Shown here in pieces: positions 18,645-28,393 of a stretch of 64,000 nt of DNA. The DNA comes from Anaerohalosphaeraceae bacterium. GTDB taxonomy: Bacteria; Planctomycetota; Phycisphaerae; Sedimentisphaerales; Anaerohalosphaeraceae. Under the pieces are notes generated by a model. It worked only from the letters and a program-made list of their open reading frames with translations, did no database searches and was not told where the DNA came from. Every line of letters begins with the position of its first letter. Positions within the stretch are counted from its first letter, which is position 1. The stretch is taken from assembly GCA_050309605.1 (NCBI GenBank), contig JBNRMN010000033.1, positions 32,001-96,000 on the forward strand. The letters run 5' to 3'. The position numbers and the translations under genes were made by a program.

Positions 18645-20579
18645 TTATCGTACATAGACTTGTCCGGCGTCGGTTACGAGCGTTTGGCCGGTGATGCGTC
18701 GGGCCTGGTCAGAGGCCAGAAAGACCACCGAGTCGGCGATGTCCTGCCCTTTGATTTCACGATTCAGCGCGGTCTTGCTGACATAATAGGGAATCACCTC
18801 GTCGGGCTTGATGCCGTATTTTTTGGCGCAGACTTTGATGTAGTCGGGGTTCCAGATTTTTGAGCCTTCAAAGACGTTGCCGGGACAGACGCTGTTGACG
18901 CGGATGTTGTGCGGTCCCAGCTCCAGCGCCCAGCCGCGGGCCATGTGGATTTCGCCGGCCTTGGTGGCGTTGTAGGGGGTGTTGTTTTTGCTTGGTTCCA
19001 GGCCGGATTTGGAACTGATGTTGATGATGGCTCCGCCGATGTTCTGGATGATCATCAGTCGGGCCGCCGCCTGTGCCATCAAGAAGTAACCGGTCAGATT
19101 GACCTCGAGGGCAAACCGCCATTTGTCCACGGGCAGATCCACCATGGAAAAGGCCGGCGCAACCCCGGCGGCGTTAACCAGAATATCCAGTCCGCCCCAG
19201 GCGTCCATCAGGGTTTGAAATGTTGTCTGGACGGCTTGCTCATCGGTGACGTTGCACGGCAGCGGGAGGGTCGAGATGTCGGGACGTTCGGCGGCGATGA
19301 GCTGAGCCGTTTGGCCGATGGCCTCGGCGTCAATATCAGCCAGACCGACGCTGGCCCCGGCACGAGCCAGGCCGATGGCGATGCTGCGTCCCAGTCCGCT
19401 GCCGGCGCCGGTGACCACCGCCAGGCGACCGCTCAGGACGCCGTCGGGCGCGGGGATCGCTTTGGATTCGGCATAACAAGCCGCCAGGGCGGCGGGGACG
19501 CTTCGCAATCCGCCCCCGCGCAGGGCGTTGCGGCGAACCTGTATATACGAGCGGGCGCATCGGCCGATGAAGGGCATTTGATTGGCCGGCGCGGCCGTAA
19601 ACAACCCCAGCCCCTTGACGGCAAAAGCGACCGGCAGGGGTTTGTCGGCCTGCTTGATTTTTGCCAGCTTTCGGGTCAGTGCCGCCGCATCGAGTGTTTC
19701 AAGCCAGATCGGGCCGCCGTGGAGTACCGCCGCTTCATCGGGTGTGATGGCGCCGCCGCGACAGAGGGATTTGGCGTTGGGGCCGGACAGTAACGCGCGA
19801 GTCTTGCCGTCCAGCCAGCCGCGAACGGCGACATATCCGCCGCCGGCATAGAAGACGGCCTGACGAATGGCCGCGCGAACGGCATTGAGTGAATCGGTAT
19901 CAATGGAGGCGGGCTTAAGCGGTTTGAGCACGGTTTGCCGCTCGGCGAAAACGGCGACGGTTTTTTTGACCCGCCGCAGCGCCGCGGCCGGTGTGGCGGC
20001 ACTGACCAACAGGCCGTGATTCTGCATGATCATCACCTCAGGCCGGCGACCGTGTTCGGCTTCGTAGCGAGCCGCAAGCGTTTGTATCGTTCGAGCACAA
20101 GGGCGGCCCAAATCCTTGTACGGAATCCATAGGGGAGGATATTTGTCTTTGGCAAACAGTTTGTCAACGATGCGTTGGCCGTCTTTGGCACAGGCCGCGG
20201 CCAGCACCGCCTCCGGATGCAGATGAATGACCGCCTTATCGAGCAGGGCATGGAAGAATGTTTCCACCGACGGCTTGATGTGGGCGGGCTGATCGTCGTC
20301 GCAGGCCAGCAGCAGGGCCGCGTTAATCCGGGCGGCGCGCTGAGCAGGATCCAATTGGTTCAGGTGTTTGTCGTTGAGCAGTGTCAGGACATCGGCCACG
20401 CGCACCCGACGCCAGCCGTTTTTGTCGCTGACTTCAGACAGCGGCATACCGCTGGCTTTAATGATCATCCACTGTCCATCCTCAGTCTTGACGGATGTAT
20501 TGCCGAAATTGCCCAGCACCAGCGATGGGTCGCTGCCGACGGCGGTGGACATTCGAATCAGTTCATTCAGTGCGTCCAT
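18645..20579 (-). CDS. Bifunctional class II aldolase / short-chain dehydrogenase
   Basis: Aldolase part: GNTSVK, PSVETFFH, HLHP, MQNHG. SDR part: VTGAGSGLG, NAAG, YNATK. Start MDALNEL at 20579 after a GAGAGG RBS. Confidence 0.85.
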   Translation of the reverse strand: MDALNELIRMSTAVGSDPSLVLGNFGNTSVKTEDGQWMIIKASGMPLSEVSDKNGWRRVRVADVLTLLNDKHLNQLDPAQRAARINAALLLACDDDQPAHIKPSVETFFHALLDKAVIHLHPEAVLAAACAKDGQRIVDKLFAKDKYPPLWIPYKDLGRPCARTIQTLAARYEAEHGRRPEVMIMQNHGLLVSAATPAAALRRVKKTVAVFAERQTVLKPLKPASIDTDSLNAVRAAIRQAVFYAGGGYVAVRGWLDGKTRALLSGPNAKSLCRGGAITPDEAAVLHGGPIWLETLDAAALTRKLAKIKQADKPLPVAFAVKGLGLFTAAPANQMPFIGRCARSYIQVRRNALRGGGLRSVPAALAACYAESKAIPAPDGVLSGRLAVVTGAGSGLGRSIAIGLARAGASVGLADIDAEAIGQTAQLIAAERPDISTLPLPCNVTDEQAVQTTFQTLMDAWGGLDILVNAAGVAPAFSMVDLPVDKWRFALEVNLTGYFLMAQAAARLMIIQNIGGAIINISSKSGLEPSKNNTPYNATKAGEIHMARGWALELGPHNIRVNSVCPGNVFEGSKIWNPDYIKVCAKKYGIKPDEVIPYYVSKTALNREIKGQDIADSVVFLASDQARRITGQTLVTDAGQVYVR

Positions 20580-20789
20580 AGTGCCTCTCATAAATAAAGA
20601 ATTCATACAAACACGCAGTATAACAGATCGATGCGAAAAGAAAAGATCGCTCCGGTCGAACTTCGTCGATAAAATCGTGCCCAACTGCGTCTGGACAGTC
20701 GGCGGCTGCGGGGTATAATAACATCATAAGCATGACGCGAAGCGAACCAAAATATTCTGAAATCTCCCCTCAAGGGATGGGCCGGGTTT

Positions 20790-21851
20790 ATGGATGAACA
20801 ACATCTGACTGTCGCGGCCGTCGGTTTGACGGGCTGTGCGGAAGTTCTGTTGGAAATTGCGTGGGAACTGCCGAGCCTGAAGATTGTTGCCGTCGGCGAT
20901 ACCGATCCGACCTGCGCCGAGGCGGCGGGGCGGAAATACGAGTGCGACAGTTATACCGACTATCGACAATTGATTGTCCGAAATAATGCCGACCTGCTGT
21001 TTATCGGCGCCCCGCCCCATCAAAGCACTGATCCTATCCGACAGGCCCTCCAGAAAAAGATGAATGTGCTGGCGGCCTGGCCGTGGGCGCTGAATTTTGA
21101 GCAAGGTGCTGAATTTATCAATCTGGCCAAACGGGAAGGGGTTTTGTTCACGGTGGCACAAAATGGTCGGTTTGGCCGGCCATTTGACCACATTATGAAG
21201 TTTTTACATACCAGTGTGGAACAATCCAATACGATTCACTTGGTTTCTGCGGTCTGTCATCTGCCGACAGGGCCGTTGGAGCCGTCGCAGCGCTGGCGGC
21301 TGGATCCGCAGTTGTCCGGCGGCGGAGTGCTTATGCAAAATTGCTATAACCTAATTGATGAGCTTGTGTTATGTTTCGGCCTGCCGCAGCGGGTCTATGC
21401 CCTGACGCAAAGCCAGGCACCCGACCGGCAGCAGCGGCTGAGCCTGACCGAGGATACGGCGGTGATGTCGATGCAGTTTTCTGATACGCTGATCGCTCAG
21501 CTTTGTGCCAGCCGCACGCTCGGCCCGGCCCGTCAGCATCTGCGAATTCACGGCAAAGATCAGCACTTAACCGCGACAGTGGACGAGGTCGTTATCTGCG
21601 ACAATGCCGGTCAGGAGCTGGATCGTGCGACCTATGCAAACGACCGACGCCCTTCCCTTGAACGGCTGCTGAACAACCTGGCCTCGCATATCGCCGACCC
21701 AAAAGAGAACTTGCTCTATCCTGAACATGGGATGGATTTGAATACGATAGCGGTCGTTGAATCGGCGTATCTGTCGGCACGCACCGGCATGGCCGAGGAG
21801 CCGGCGCGGATTTTGCGTTTGGCCGGGGCCGAAACGTCTGCTTTGCTGTGA
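20790..21851 (+). CDS. Gfo/Idh/MocA-family oxidoreductase-like protein (degenerate motifs)
   Basis: Family-like architecture (IVAVGD, YTDYRQL, SGGGVL, EDTAV), but the GxGxxG and EKP motifs are altered. Confidence 0.7.
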   Translation: MDEQHLTVAAVGLTGCAEVLLEIAWELPSLKIVAVGDTDPTCAEAAGRKYECDSYTDYRQLIVRNNADLLFIGAPPHQSTDPIRQALQKKMNVLAAWPWALNFEQGAEFINLAKREGVLFTVAQNGRFGRPFDHIMKFLHTSVEQSNTIHLVSAVCHLPTGPLEPSQRWRLDPQLSGGGVLMQNCYNLIDELVLCFGLPQRVYALTQSQAPDRQQRLSLTEDTAVMSMQFSDTLIAQLCASRTLGPARQHLRIHGKDQHLTATVDEVVICDNAGQELDRATYANDRRPSLERLLNNLASHIADPKENLLYPEHGMDLNTIAVVESAYLSARTGMAEEPARILRLAGAETSALL

Positions 21852-21931
21852 TGGCGAAACCGGCAATCAAACGGGATTTTTACTTGAAAACCCTGTTTTT
21901 GTTGACTATAAGAAATACTTTTAATGCATTG

Positions 21932-22264
21932 ATGGGAATAAAAAGCAGCGATTATTGTTCTCAATGCCCGCAAAAAGACGGCTGCAAAGAGGTTTACCAG
22001 CGACTGGGCCAAAGCGATGCGCCGCCGGTAACGGGCAAGGTGTTTTGGGCGTTTGTGGCGCCGATCGGGCTTTTTACGGGCTTGCTGGTCGGGTTTGATC
22101 GATGGCTGCCTCGCGCATGGGCTGACCCGCTTCGTGTTTTGGTGGTGTTTGGATTCAGTGCGGTATTCACCGTTGCGGCGGTGTGGCTGGGCAAGGTCTT
22201 GCGCAATCGTCGGACAAAGACCGCGCCCCGCCGGCCGCGGCGTCGCGATTGGCCGTCTCATTAA
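21932..22264 (+). CDS. Small Cys-containing two-TM protein, RseC/MucC-like
   Basis: CSQCPQKDGC followed by two hydrophobic helices (AFVAPIGLF...); lies directly upstream of rnfC. Start set at ATG 21932. Confidence 0.55.
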   Translation: MGIKSSDYCSQCPQKDGCKEVYQRLGQSDAPPVTGKVFWAFVAPIGLFTGLLVGFDRWLPRAWADPLRVLVVFGFSAVFTVAAVWLGKVLRNRRTKTAPRRPRRRDWPSH

Positions 22265-22329
22265 CAGAATGATTCAGTTCGGCAGCGCGTGCTGTTGGGC
22301 TGTGAGCACATAATAAAACGGGATTATCT

Positions 22330-23703
22330 ATGGCGATACAAAGCAGCAAGGCGACTTTTCCGGGTGGTGTGCATCCGCCTGAAAACAAACAACTCAGCGA
22401 ACACTGCGCGATAGAGCCGGTTTCGCCGCCCAAACAAGCGGCTATCCTGCTCAGCCAGCATCTGGGCGCACCGTGTCAGCCTGTGGTGGCCAAGCGCGAC
22501 ACCGTCCAGGCCGGGCAGATGATCGGCAAAAGCGACGCCTTTGTCTCAGCGCCGGTGCATTCGCCGGTCAGCGGCACGGTCAAGGACATCGCGCTGCAGT
22601 CGCATCCGGTCGTCGGGCGAACGACGGCGATCTTGATTGAAACCGATCCGGACAGCGTTGCCGAGTCAAAGCCGCCGTTTGACCGGTTCGATTCAGGCTT
22701 CAGCACCGAGCCGTATTCGGTCGAGCAGATCTGCAAGGCAGTCCATGACGGCGGTTTGGTCGGTATGGGCGGGGCGGGCTTTCCGACGCGGGTCAAGATC
22801 GAGCCGAATCCGGCGATGCCCAAGGAGATTTTGCTGATCAACGGCTGTGAGTGTGAGCCGTTTATTACGTGCGATTATCGGCTGATGCTGGAGGGAACGT
22901 GGCACGTGCTGGCGGGGATTCGTCTGGCGGCCAAGGCCTGCGGCGTCGAAAAGGTGCGGATTGGTATCGAGGACAACAAGCCGCAGGCTGTCGGTGTGAT
23001 GACCGAGGCGGCTGCGTCGGTCAAAGATTTGGATATTCAGGTTGTCGCCATCAAGACCAAGTACCCGCAGGGCGGGGAACGGCAGTTGATTCGATCCCTG
23101 CTGAGCAAGACCGTTCCGACCGGCAAGATTCCGCCGACCATCGGCGTGTGCGTGCTGAATGTTGCCACCTGCGCGGCCATTGCCGAGGCGGTCGTACTGA
23201 ACACGCCGCTGACCCATCGCGTTACGACTGTTACGGGTCAGGCGATTGCCAAACCCGGCAATTATTATGTGCCCGTCGGAATGACGGTGGGCGATCTGAT
23301 TGAACAGTGCGGCGGACTGACCGAACAGGCGGCCAAAGTCGTGTTGGGCGGGCCGATGATGGGCTTTGCCGTTGCGGATTTGACGACGCCGCTGACCAAG
23401 ACCAGCGGGGCGGTCACGGTACTGACGCAGGAGGATGTCACTCGGGCCAAACACTACAAACAGCAAACGCCGTGCATTCGCTGCGGCCGCTGTCTGACGG
23501 CCTGTCCGGAAGGGCTGAACCCGACCAAGATTGCCCATGCGGTCAAACATAATCGGATGGACCTTGCCGAGCGGTATTATATGTCCGCCTGTATTGAGTG
23601 CGGCTGCTGCAGCTATGTCTGTCCGGCCAATATCGAGATCACCGGTTATATCAAGACCGGCAAAATTCTGGTCGCACGGGCCAAGAAGAGGATGCAGGCG
23701 TAA
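22330..23703 (+). CDS. rnfC: Rnf electron transport complex subunit C
   Basis: TFPGGVHPP, SAPVHSPVSG, GMGGAGFPT, NGCECEP, KYPQGGE, and two 4Fe-4S motifs (CIRCGRC, CIECGCC). Confidence 0.96.
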   Translation: MAIQSSKATFPGGVHPPENKQLSEHCAIEPVSPPKQAAILLSQHLGAPCQPVVAKRDTVQAGQMIGKSDAFVSAPVHSPVSGTVKDIALQSHPVVGRTTAILIETDPDSVAESKPPFDRFDSGFSTEPYSVEQICKAVHDGGLVGMGGAGFPTRVKIEPNPAMPKEILLINGCECEPFITCDYRLMLEGTWHVLAGIRLAAKACGVEKVRIGIEDNKPQAVGVMTEAAASVKDLDIQVVAIKTKYPQGGERQLIRSLLSKTVPTGKIPPTIGVCVLNVATCAAIAEAVVLNTPLTHRVTTVTGQAIAKPGNYYVPVGMTVGDLIEQCGGLTEQAAKVVLGGPMMGFAVADLTTPLTKTSGAVTVLTQEDVTRAKHYKQQTPCIRCGRCLTACPEGLNPTKIAHAVKHNRMDLAERYYMSACIECGCCSYVCPANIEITGYIKTGKILVARAKKRMQA

Positions 23704-23715
23704 TAAAACTATAAG

Positions 23716-23818
23716 TCAAAAAGAAAAAATCAAAATGACAATGCAGAAAGTTAAGTAAAAAAGCACGCGATGCTCTGCGGTTTGACCTTTTTGAATTTTG
23801 AATTGTCATTTTGTATTT
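23716..23818. repeat. Gene-less inverted-repeat element between rnfC and rnfD
   Basis: CAAAATGACAAT (23731-23742) and ATTGTCATTTTG (23802-23813) form a perfect 12-bp IR within longer imperfect A-rich and T-rich arms. Confidence 0.75.
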
Positions 23819-23882
23819 AACAGTGTGCTTTTTGGTATCGTCGAGTTGTCATTGGTTTTACAGTTGAAGATAGGGATGATTG

Positions 23883-24893
23883 ATGCTTAGCAAAATAACC
23901 GTATCGCCGGCGCCGCATATCAGTCAGAAGCTTTCGACGCGTCGTGTGATGGCTGATGTGTTGATCGGGCTGCTGCCGGCGGTGATCGCTGCCGGGGTGT
24001 TCTTTCGGCTGCGGGCGCTGCTGGTCATTGCCGTCTGTGTGATTGCGTGTGTGGTCAGTGAGTGGCTGTGCAATGTCATTCGCAAACGATCCGCATCTAT
24101 TGGCGATTTGAGTGCGGTGGTGACCGGCGTGATTTTGGCGCTGTCGCTGCCGCCGCGCGTGCCGTATTCGGCGGTGATTGTCGGCAGTGTGTTTGCGATT
24201 GTGATTGCCAAGATGGTTTTCGGGGGGCTGGGGTCCAATGTGTTCAATCCGGCTATGGCGGCGCGGGCGTTTATGGCCGCTTCGTTCGGCGCGGCGATGA
24301 CCACCTGGACGGTTCCGGCTACGGTGGATGCGTCGCTGCCGACCATTGCCGCGGCCAACACCAGCGCTACGACCCAGGCGACCCCGCTGGCCTGGAGCAA
24401 GGCCGTTCAGAAAGGCCAGGTCAAAGCCAACTATATCAATGAGCAAACCACGTGGGCGTTCTGGGGTGAAGTGGGCGGCTGTCTGGGCGAGACCAGCGGG
24501 CTGGCGCTGCTGATCGGCGGGGCGTATCTGCTGATTCGCCGGACGATTACGTGGCATATTCCCGCAGCGGTGCTGCTGTCGGCCGGGGCGATTGCGCTGG
24601 CGGCTTGGCTGATCAAACCGGAGGCCTATGTCAATCCGCTGCTGCATCTGTTTGGCGGCGGGCTGCTGATTTGTGCGTTTTTCATCGCCACGGATCCGGT
24701 TACCGCGCCGCTGAGCGTCAAGGGGATGTGGATTTTCGGCATCGGCGTCGGAGCGCTGATTATGCTGATTCGCGTCGTCGGCGAATATCCGGAGGGCGTG
24801 ATGTATGCGGTGCTGATTATGAACGCTTTTACGCCGCTGATAGATCGATTCTGCAAGTTGACTCCCGCAGGAGGTGTGCCTGATGTTAGCTAA
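23883..24893 (+). CDS. rnfD: Rnf electron transport complex subunit D
   Basis: SPAPH, DLSAVVTG, FGGLGSNVFNPA, ATPL FMN site, GETS, FFIATDPVT. Confidence 0.96.
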   Translation: MLSKITVSPAPHISQKLSTRRVMADVLIGLLPAVIAAGVFFRLRALLVIAVCVIACVVSEWLCNVIRKRSASIGDLSAVVTGVILALSLPPRVPYSAVIVGSVFAIVIAKMVFGGLGSNVFNPAMAARAFMAASFGAAMTTWTVPATVDASLPTIAAANTSATTQATPLAWSKAVQKGQVKANYINEQTTWAFWGEVGGCLGETSGLALLIGGAYLLIRRTITWHIPAAVLLSAGAIALAAWLIKPEAYVNPLLHLFGGGLLICAFFIATDPVTAPLSVKGMWIFGIGVGALIMLIRVVGEYPEGVMYAVLIMNAFTPLIDRFCKLTPAGGVPDVS

Positions 24894-25512
24894 AATCAAA
24901 TACTATGTTGAACAAAGCTGGGTGCTGATGATCGCGGCGATCGTCTTTGGCACACTGCTGGCCATCACGGACGCGGCCTGGAAGCCGCGCATCGAACAGA
25001 ATGCCGTCAACCGGTTTACTGAATTGGCCGGCCGGCTGCTGTCCGATGCGATCCGGTTTGAATCGGCAACTCCTGAACCGCTGACAATCGACATCGACGG
25101 CAAGTCCGTGTCGGTGGATGTCAAACGCGGGCTGAACGCGGCCGGTCAAACCGTTGGCTGGGCGTTTGTCTGTACCGGCTCGGGCTTTGCCGACAAGATT
25201 CAGTTGGTCGCGGCCGTGGATGCGGCGTTTGAAACCCTTGCCGGTTTTCGGGTGCTCAGCAGCAATGAGACGCCGGGCTTTGGCGATAAAATCAATATCA
25301 CGCCCGATGAAGGCGGCTTTTTTCAGCCGCAGTTTGTCGGCGCTCCGGTCGGTTCGCTGACACTGGTCAAGACCGGCGATCCGCAAGAAATAAACGACCA
25401 GATCATCGCCATCAGCGGCGCGACCGTTTCCAGTCAGGCCGTGGTGGATACGTTCAATGCCTATTTAGTTCCGCTCAGGGAAACGCTGGCTGCCGAAGGG
25501 CTGCTGCCGTGA
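24883..25512 (+). CDS. rnfG: Rnf electron transport complex subunit G
   Basis: N-terminal TM, ETPGFG, ISGATVSS FMN-binding motif; GGAGG RBS. Confidence 0.92.
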   Translation: MLAKIKYYVEQSWVLMIAAIVFGTLLAITDAAWKPRIEQNAVNRFTELAGRLLSDAIRFESATPEPLTIDIDGKSVSVDVKRGLNAAGQTVGWAFVCTGSGFADKIQLVAAVDAAFETLAGFRVLSSNETPGFGDKINITPDEGGFFQPQFVGAPVGSLTLVKTGDPQEINDQIIAISGATVSSQAVVDTFNAYLVPLRETLAAEGLLP

Positions 25513-25578
25513 ATCAAAATGTATGGTTTTCGATGGGCTGTAAAATGACCGTCGCTGACAAGAGAGGAATCGCTTAGA

Positions 25579-26178
25579 ATGGCCGAGCAACGTTTGCAAA
25601 AGACCTTTACCGCGGGGTTGTGGCACAATAATCCGGTGCTGCGGCTGCTGCTGGGGATGTGTCCGGTGCTGGCGGTGACCGCTGCGCTGAAGCCGGCACT
25701 GACGATGGGATTGAGTGTGATTTTCGTGCTGACCTGTTCGAATGTTGTTGTCAGTCTGATGAAGCATCTGCTCAAGCCGCATCTGCGGATTTTGATGTTT
25801 ACGCTGACCATTTCGACGTTTGTTACGATTGCGGACTTGTACCTCAGGGCGTTTCAGCCGGAAATGAGCGCGGCGCTGGGGCCGTATATCCCGCTGATCA
25901 TCGTCAACTGCATCATCATCGGGCGGGCCGAGGCCTGCGCCAGTAAAAGTCCGCTGACAGTCAGTCTGGTCGATGCGCTGGGGATGGGTGCGGGCTTCAC
26001 GTTGACGCTGTGCGCACTGGCGGCGGTACGGGAGCTGCTGTCCACCGGCAAGCTGTTTGAAATCACCATCATGCCGTCGTGGTTTATGCCGTGGGCGGCG
26101 ATGGGTATGCCCGTCGGGGCGTTCGTAACGCTTGGGCTGATGCTGGCGGGCGTGAATTTGATGACGCGAAAAACGTAA
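25579..26178 (+). CDS. rnfE: Rnf electron transport complex subunit E
   Basis: NPVLRLLLGMCPVLAVT, YIPLIIVNCIIIGRAE. Confidence 0.95.
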   Translation: MAEQRLQKTFTAGLWHNNPVLRLLLGMCPVLAVTAALKPALTMGLSVIFVLTCSNVVVSLMKHLLKPHLRILMFTLTISTFVTIADLYLRAFQPEMSAALGPYIPLIIVNCIIIGRAEACASKSPLTVSLVDALGMGAGFTLTLCALAAVRELLSTGKLFEITIMPSWFMPWAAMGMPVGAFVTLGLMLAGVNLMTRKT

Positions 26179-26189
26179 ATGTCTTATCA

Positions 26190-26332
26190 GAAAATAGAAA
26201 TCCGAAACCATGTCAAATGACTGAAATCCACATGTTCAAAACAAGATATTCGTTCGTGGACGGAGTGCTTTTGTTGTTTGTATTTTGTTTTTTTGTGTTT
26301 GTTTCGGATTTTGACATTCGTACTTCGAATTT
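26190..26332. repeat. Gene-less inverted-repeat element between rnfE and rnfA
   Basis: AAATCCGAAAC (26198-26208) pairs with GTTTCGGATTT (26301-26311). The right arm matches the arm at 42627-42661 in 30/35 positions. Confidence 0.8.
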
Positions 26333-26349
26333 AAACGGGACGATGTAAT

Positions 26350-26937
26350 ATGGATACTTTACAAACCCTGCTGCTGGCGTTTATCGGCATTGTGATTGTC
26401 AACAATCTGGTGCTGACGAAGTTTTTGGGCATCTGTCCCTATCTGGGCGTGTCGGGTCGTATCGATATGGCCTTCGGGATGGGCTGTGCGGTAACGTTTG
26501 TCGTGACGCTGGCCGGGACGCTGACGTGGATCATCGACCATACGTTTCTGATTCCGTATTCGCTGGAGGTGATGCGGTATCTGTGCTTTATTATGGTCAT
26601 CGCCGGCGCGGTGCAGCTTGTGGAAATGTACGTGCGCAAGTTTTTCCCGCCGCTGTATGAGAGCTTCGGCATCTTTCTGCCGCTGATTACGACCAACTGT
26701 GCGATCCTTGGGCTGTGTCTGTTTTTGAATTTGTGGGAGATTGACAGCCTGATCCATGCGGTGGTGCTCAGCATCGGGGCGGGCGCGGGCTTTACGCTGG
26801 CGATCTGCATCATGGCCGGCATCCGTGAAAATCTGGAACTGGCCGATGTGCCTGAGGTGATGCAGGGCGCGCCGATCACACTGGTGACGGCCGGTCTGCT
26901 GACGCTGGCGTTTATGGGGTTTGCGGGGATGATCTGA
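26350..26937 (+). CDS. rnfA: Rnf electron transport complex subunit A
   Basis: NNLVLTKFLGICPYLGVS, FLPLITTNCAILG, AGIRE. Confidence 0.96.
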   Translation: MDTLQTLLLAFIGIVIVNNLVLTKFLGICPYLGVSGRIDMAFGMGCAVTFVVTLAGTLTWIIDHTFLIPYSLEVMRYLCFIMVIAGAVQLVEMYVRKFFPPLYESFGIFLPLITTNCAILGLCLFLNLWEIDSLIHAVVLSIGAGAGFTLAICIMAGIRENLELADVPEVMQGAPITLVTAGLLTLAFMGFAGMI

Positions 26938-27011
26938 TGGCGTCTGCGGTTTTCAATTTCAACATGTCAAATTTTTGGGTGAGATCGACAGCCGAAAACA
27001 GGATATAGAAA

Positions 27012-27875
27012 ATGATGGATTTGATTCAAAACGTCTGGCCGGCGGCGCTGCTGGCGGTGGGATTGGCGTCGTTGTTTGCGTTGATATTACTGATCGCCAG
27101 TATCAAGCTGCGGGTCGAGGTGGATCCGAAAGTCGAAGAAGTTCACAAAGCCCTGCCCGGCATTGATTGCGGAGCGTGCGGTTTTGCCGGGTGTGCGGCC
27201 TACGCCAAGGCGGTCGCGGCTGATCCGGAGCTGATCGGACGCTGTGCGCCGGGCGGAGCGGAGGTGTGCGACGCGATCGGGCGCATCCTCAATCTTCAGA
27301 TCTCCGGCGGCGGCGCGCCGATGCGGCCGATTGTGCATTGCCGCGCCCATCGCGAGGACAAGCTGTTTTACGCCGAGTACCGCGGCATCGAAAGCTGCAC
27401 CAGCGCCAACGCCCAGCCGGACGTGCAGGCGTGCCATTTCGGGTGTCTGGGGTTTGGCGATTGCGTGCGGGCGTGCAAGTTCGACGCCCTGCACATTGTG
27501 GACGGGCTGTCCACGGTCAATTATCACAACTGCACCGGCTGCGGCGCCTGCGCCAAGGCCTGTCCGCGAAATCTCATCCGGATGGTTCCGTTTACGCAGG
27601 ATAATATGATGACTGTGGCGTGCAGCAGCCGCGAGAACGGCAAGACCACGCGCACGTTCTGCACGGTCGGCTGCATTGGCTGCGGCATCTGCGCCAAACA
27701 GAGCGATCTGTTTTCCGTGGCCGACAATCTGGCGACGCTGAACTACGCCGAATACGCCCCGTCCGAGGCGACGCAAAAGGCGATGGACAAATGCCCCACC
27801 GGCGTGATCGTCTATCGCGGCAAGACGGCCCCCGCGCCGCGCCAGCCAAAGCAAAAGACCGCCGCGGCGAGATAA
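27012..27875 (+). CDS. rnfB: Rnf electron transport complex subunit B
   Basis: LPGIDCGACGFAGC, CAPGG, GCLGFGDC, CTGCGAC, CIGCGIC. Confidence 0.95.
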   Translation: MMDLIQNVWPAALLAVGLASLFALILLIASIKLRVEVDPKVEEVHKALPGIDCGACGFAGCAAYAKAVAADPELIGRCAPGGAEVCDAIGRILNLQISGGGAPMRPIVHCRAHREDKLFYAEYRGIESCTSANAQPDVQACHFGCLGFGDCVRACKFDALHIVDGLSTVNYHNCTGCGACAKACPRNLIRMVPFTQDNMMTVACSSRENGKTTRTFCTVGCIGCGICAKQSDLFSVADNLATLNYAEYAPSEATQKAMDKCPTGVIVYRGKTAPAPRQPKQKTAAAR

Positions 27876-27882
27876 CGGATCT

Positions 27883-28173
27883 CTAACTTGCCTGCGCGGA
27901 AGTTTCGGTGCGGCTTTTGCGTTGACAGGCGTCGGTCAGGGCGTTATAGACCCACGCGAAGATCAATCCGCCGATCCAGCCGTCGATTGCGCCCCAGACC
28001 AGCCCAACCAGACTGCCGACCGGTGTGATGGTGTAGCCGCGATAGACGCGCGACAGAAACGTCGCGCTCGAATCGCTGCCTTCAAACGCGATGATCCACC
28101 ACGTCAGAAAAAACAGCCCCAGCCCCCACACGATCCCGCAGGCTAACCCGAACGCTTTGATATTCAGCTTCAT
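27883..28173 (-). CDS. Small two-TM membrane protein (family sometimes auto-labelled holin-like)
   Basis: KAFGLACGIVWG...YRGY...GLVWGAIDG...FAWVYN. Confidence 0.7.
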   Translation of the reverse strand: MKLNIKAFGLACGIVWGLGLFFLTWWIIAFEGSDSSATFLSRVYRGYTITPVGSLVGLVWGAIDGWIGGLIFAWVYNALTDACQRKSRTETSAQAS

Positions 28174-28393
28174 CGCAGACCCCTTTCAAAAAAAGCCAAA
28201 GGTCAAAAAGCATAAATCAATAACCGAAATCGCCGGTTTGACTGCACCAATGCTTAAATTCCCATCAGGTTAATCAGAAGCGAGGTCGTTTCTCATTTGG
28301 TCATTGCGTCTTTTTTCCGATTTTAACCCTTCGATTGCCTGTAAACCGAGTGTATTCTATCTGAAACATCAGGACGGGGCAACGGTTTTGTTA

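Noticed and set aside
26079..26348. 89-aa ORF across the rnfE-rnfA spacer
   Set aside because: Low-complexity translation of the repeat arm (FVFCFFVFVSDFDIRTSNL) that overlaps rnfE.
27883..28173. Phage holin or prophage remnant
   Set aside because: No endolysin, structural or integrase genes nearby, and the composition is host-like.
28186..28330. Additional heptamer IR element upstream of the small membrane protein
   Set aside because: An A-rich left part is present, but I could not align a convincing complementary arm.
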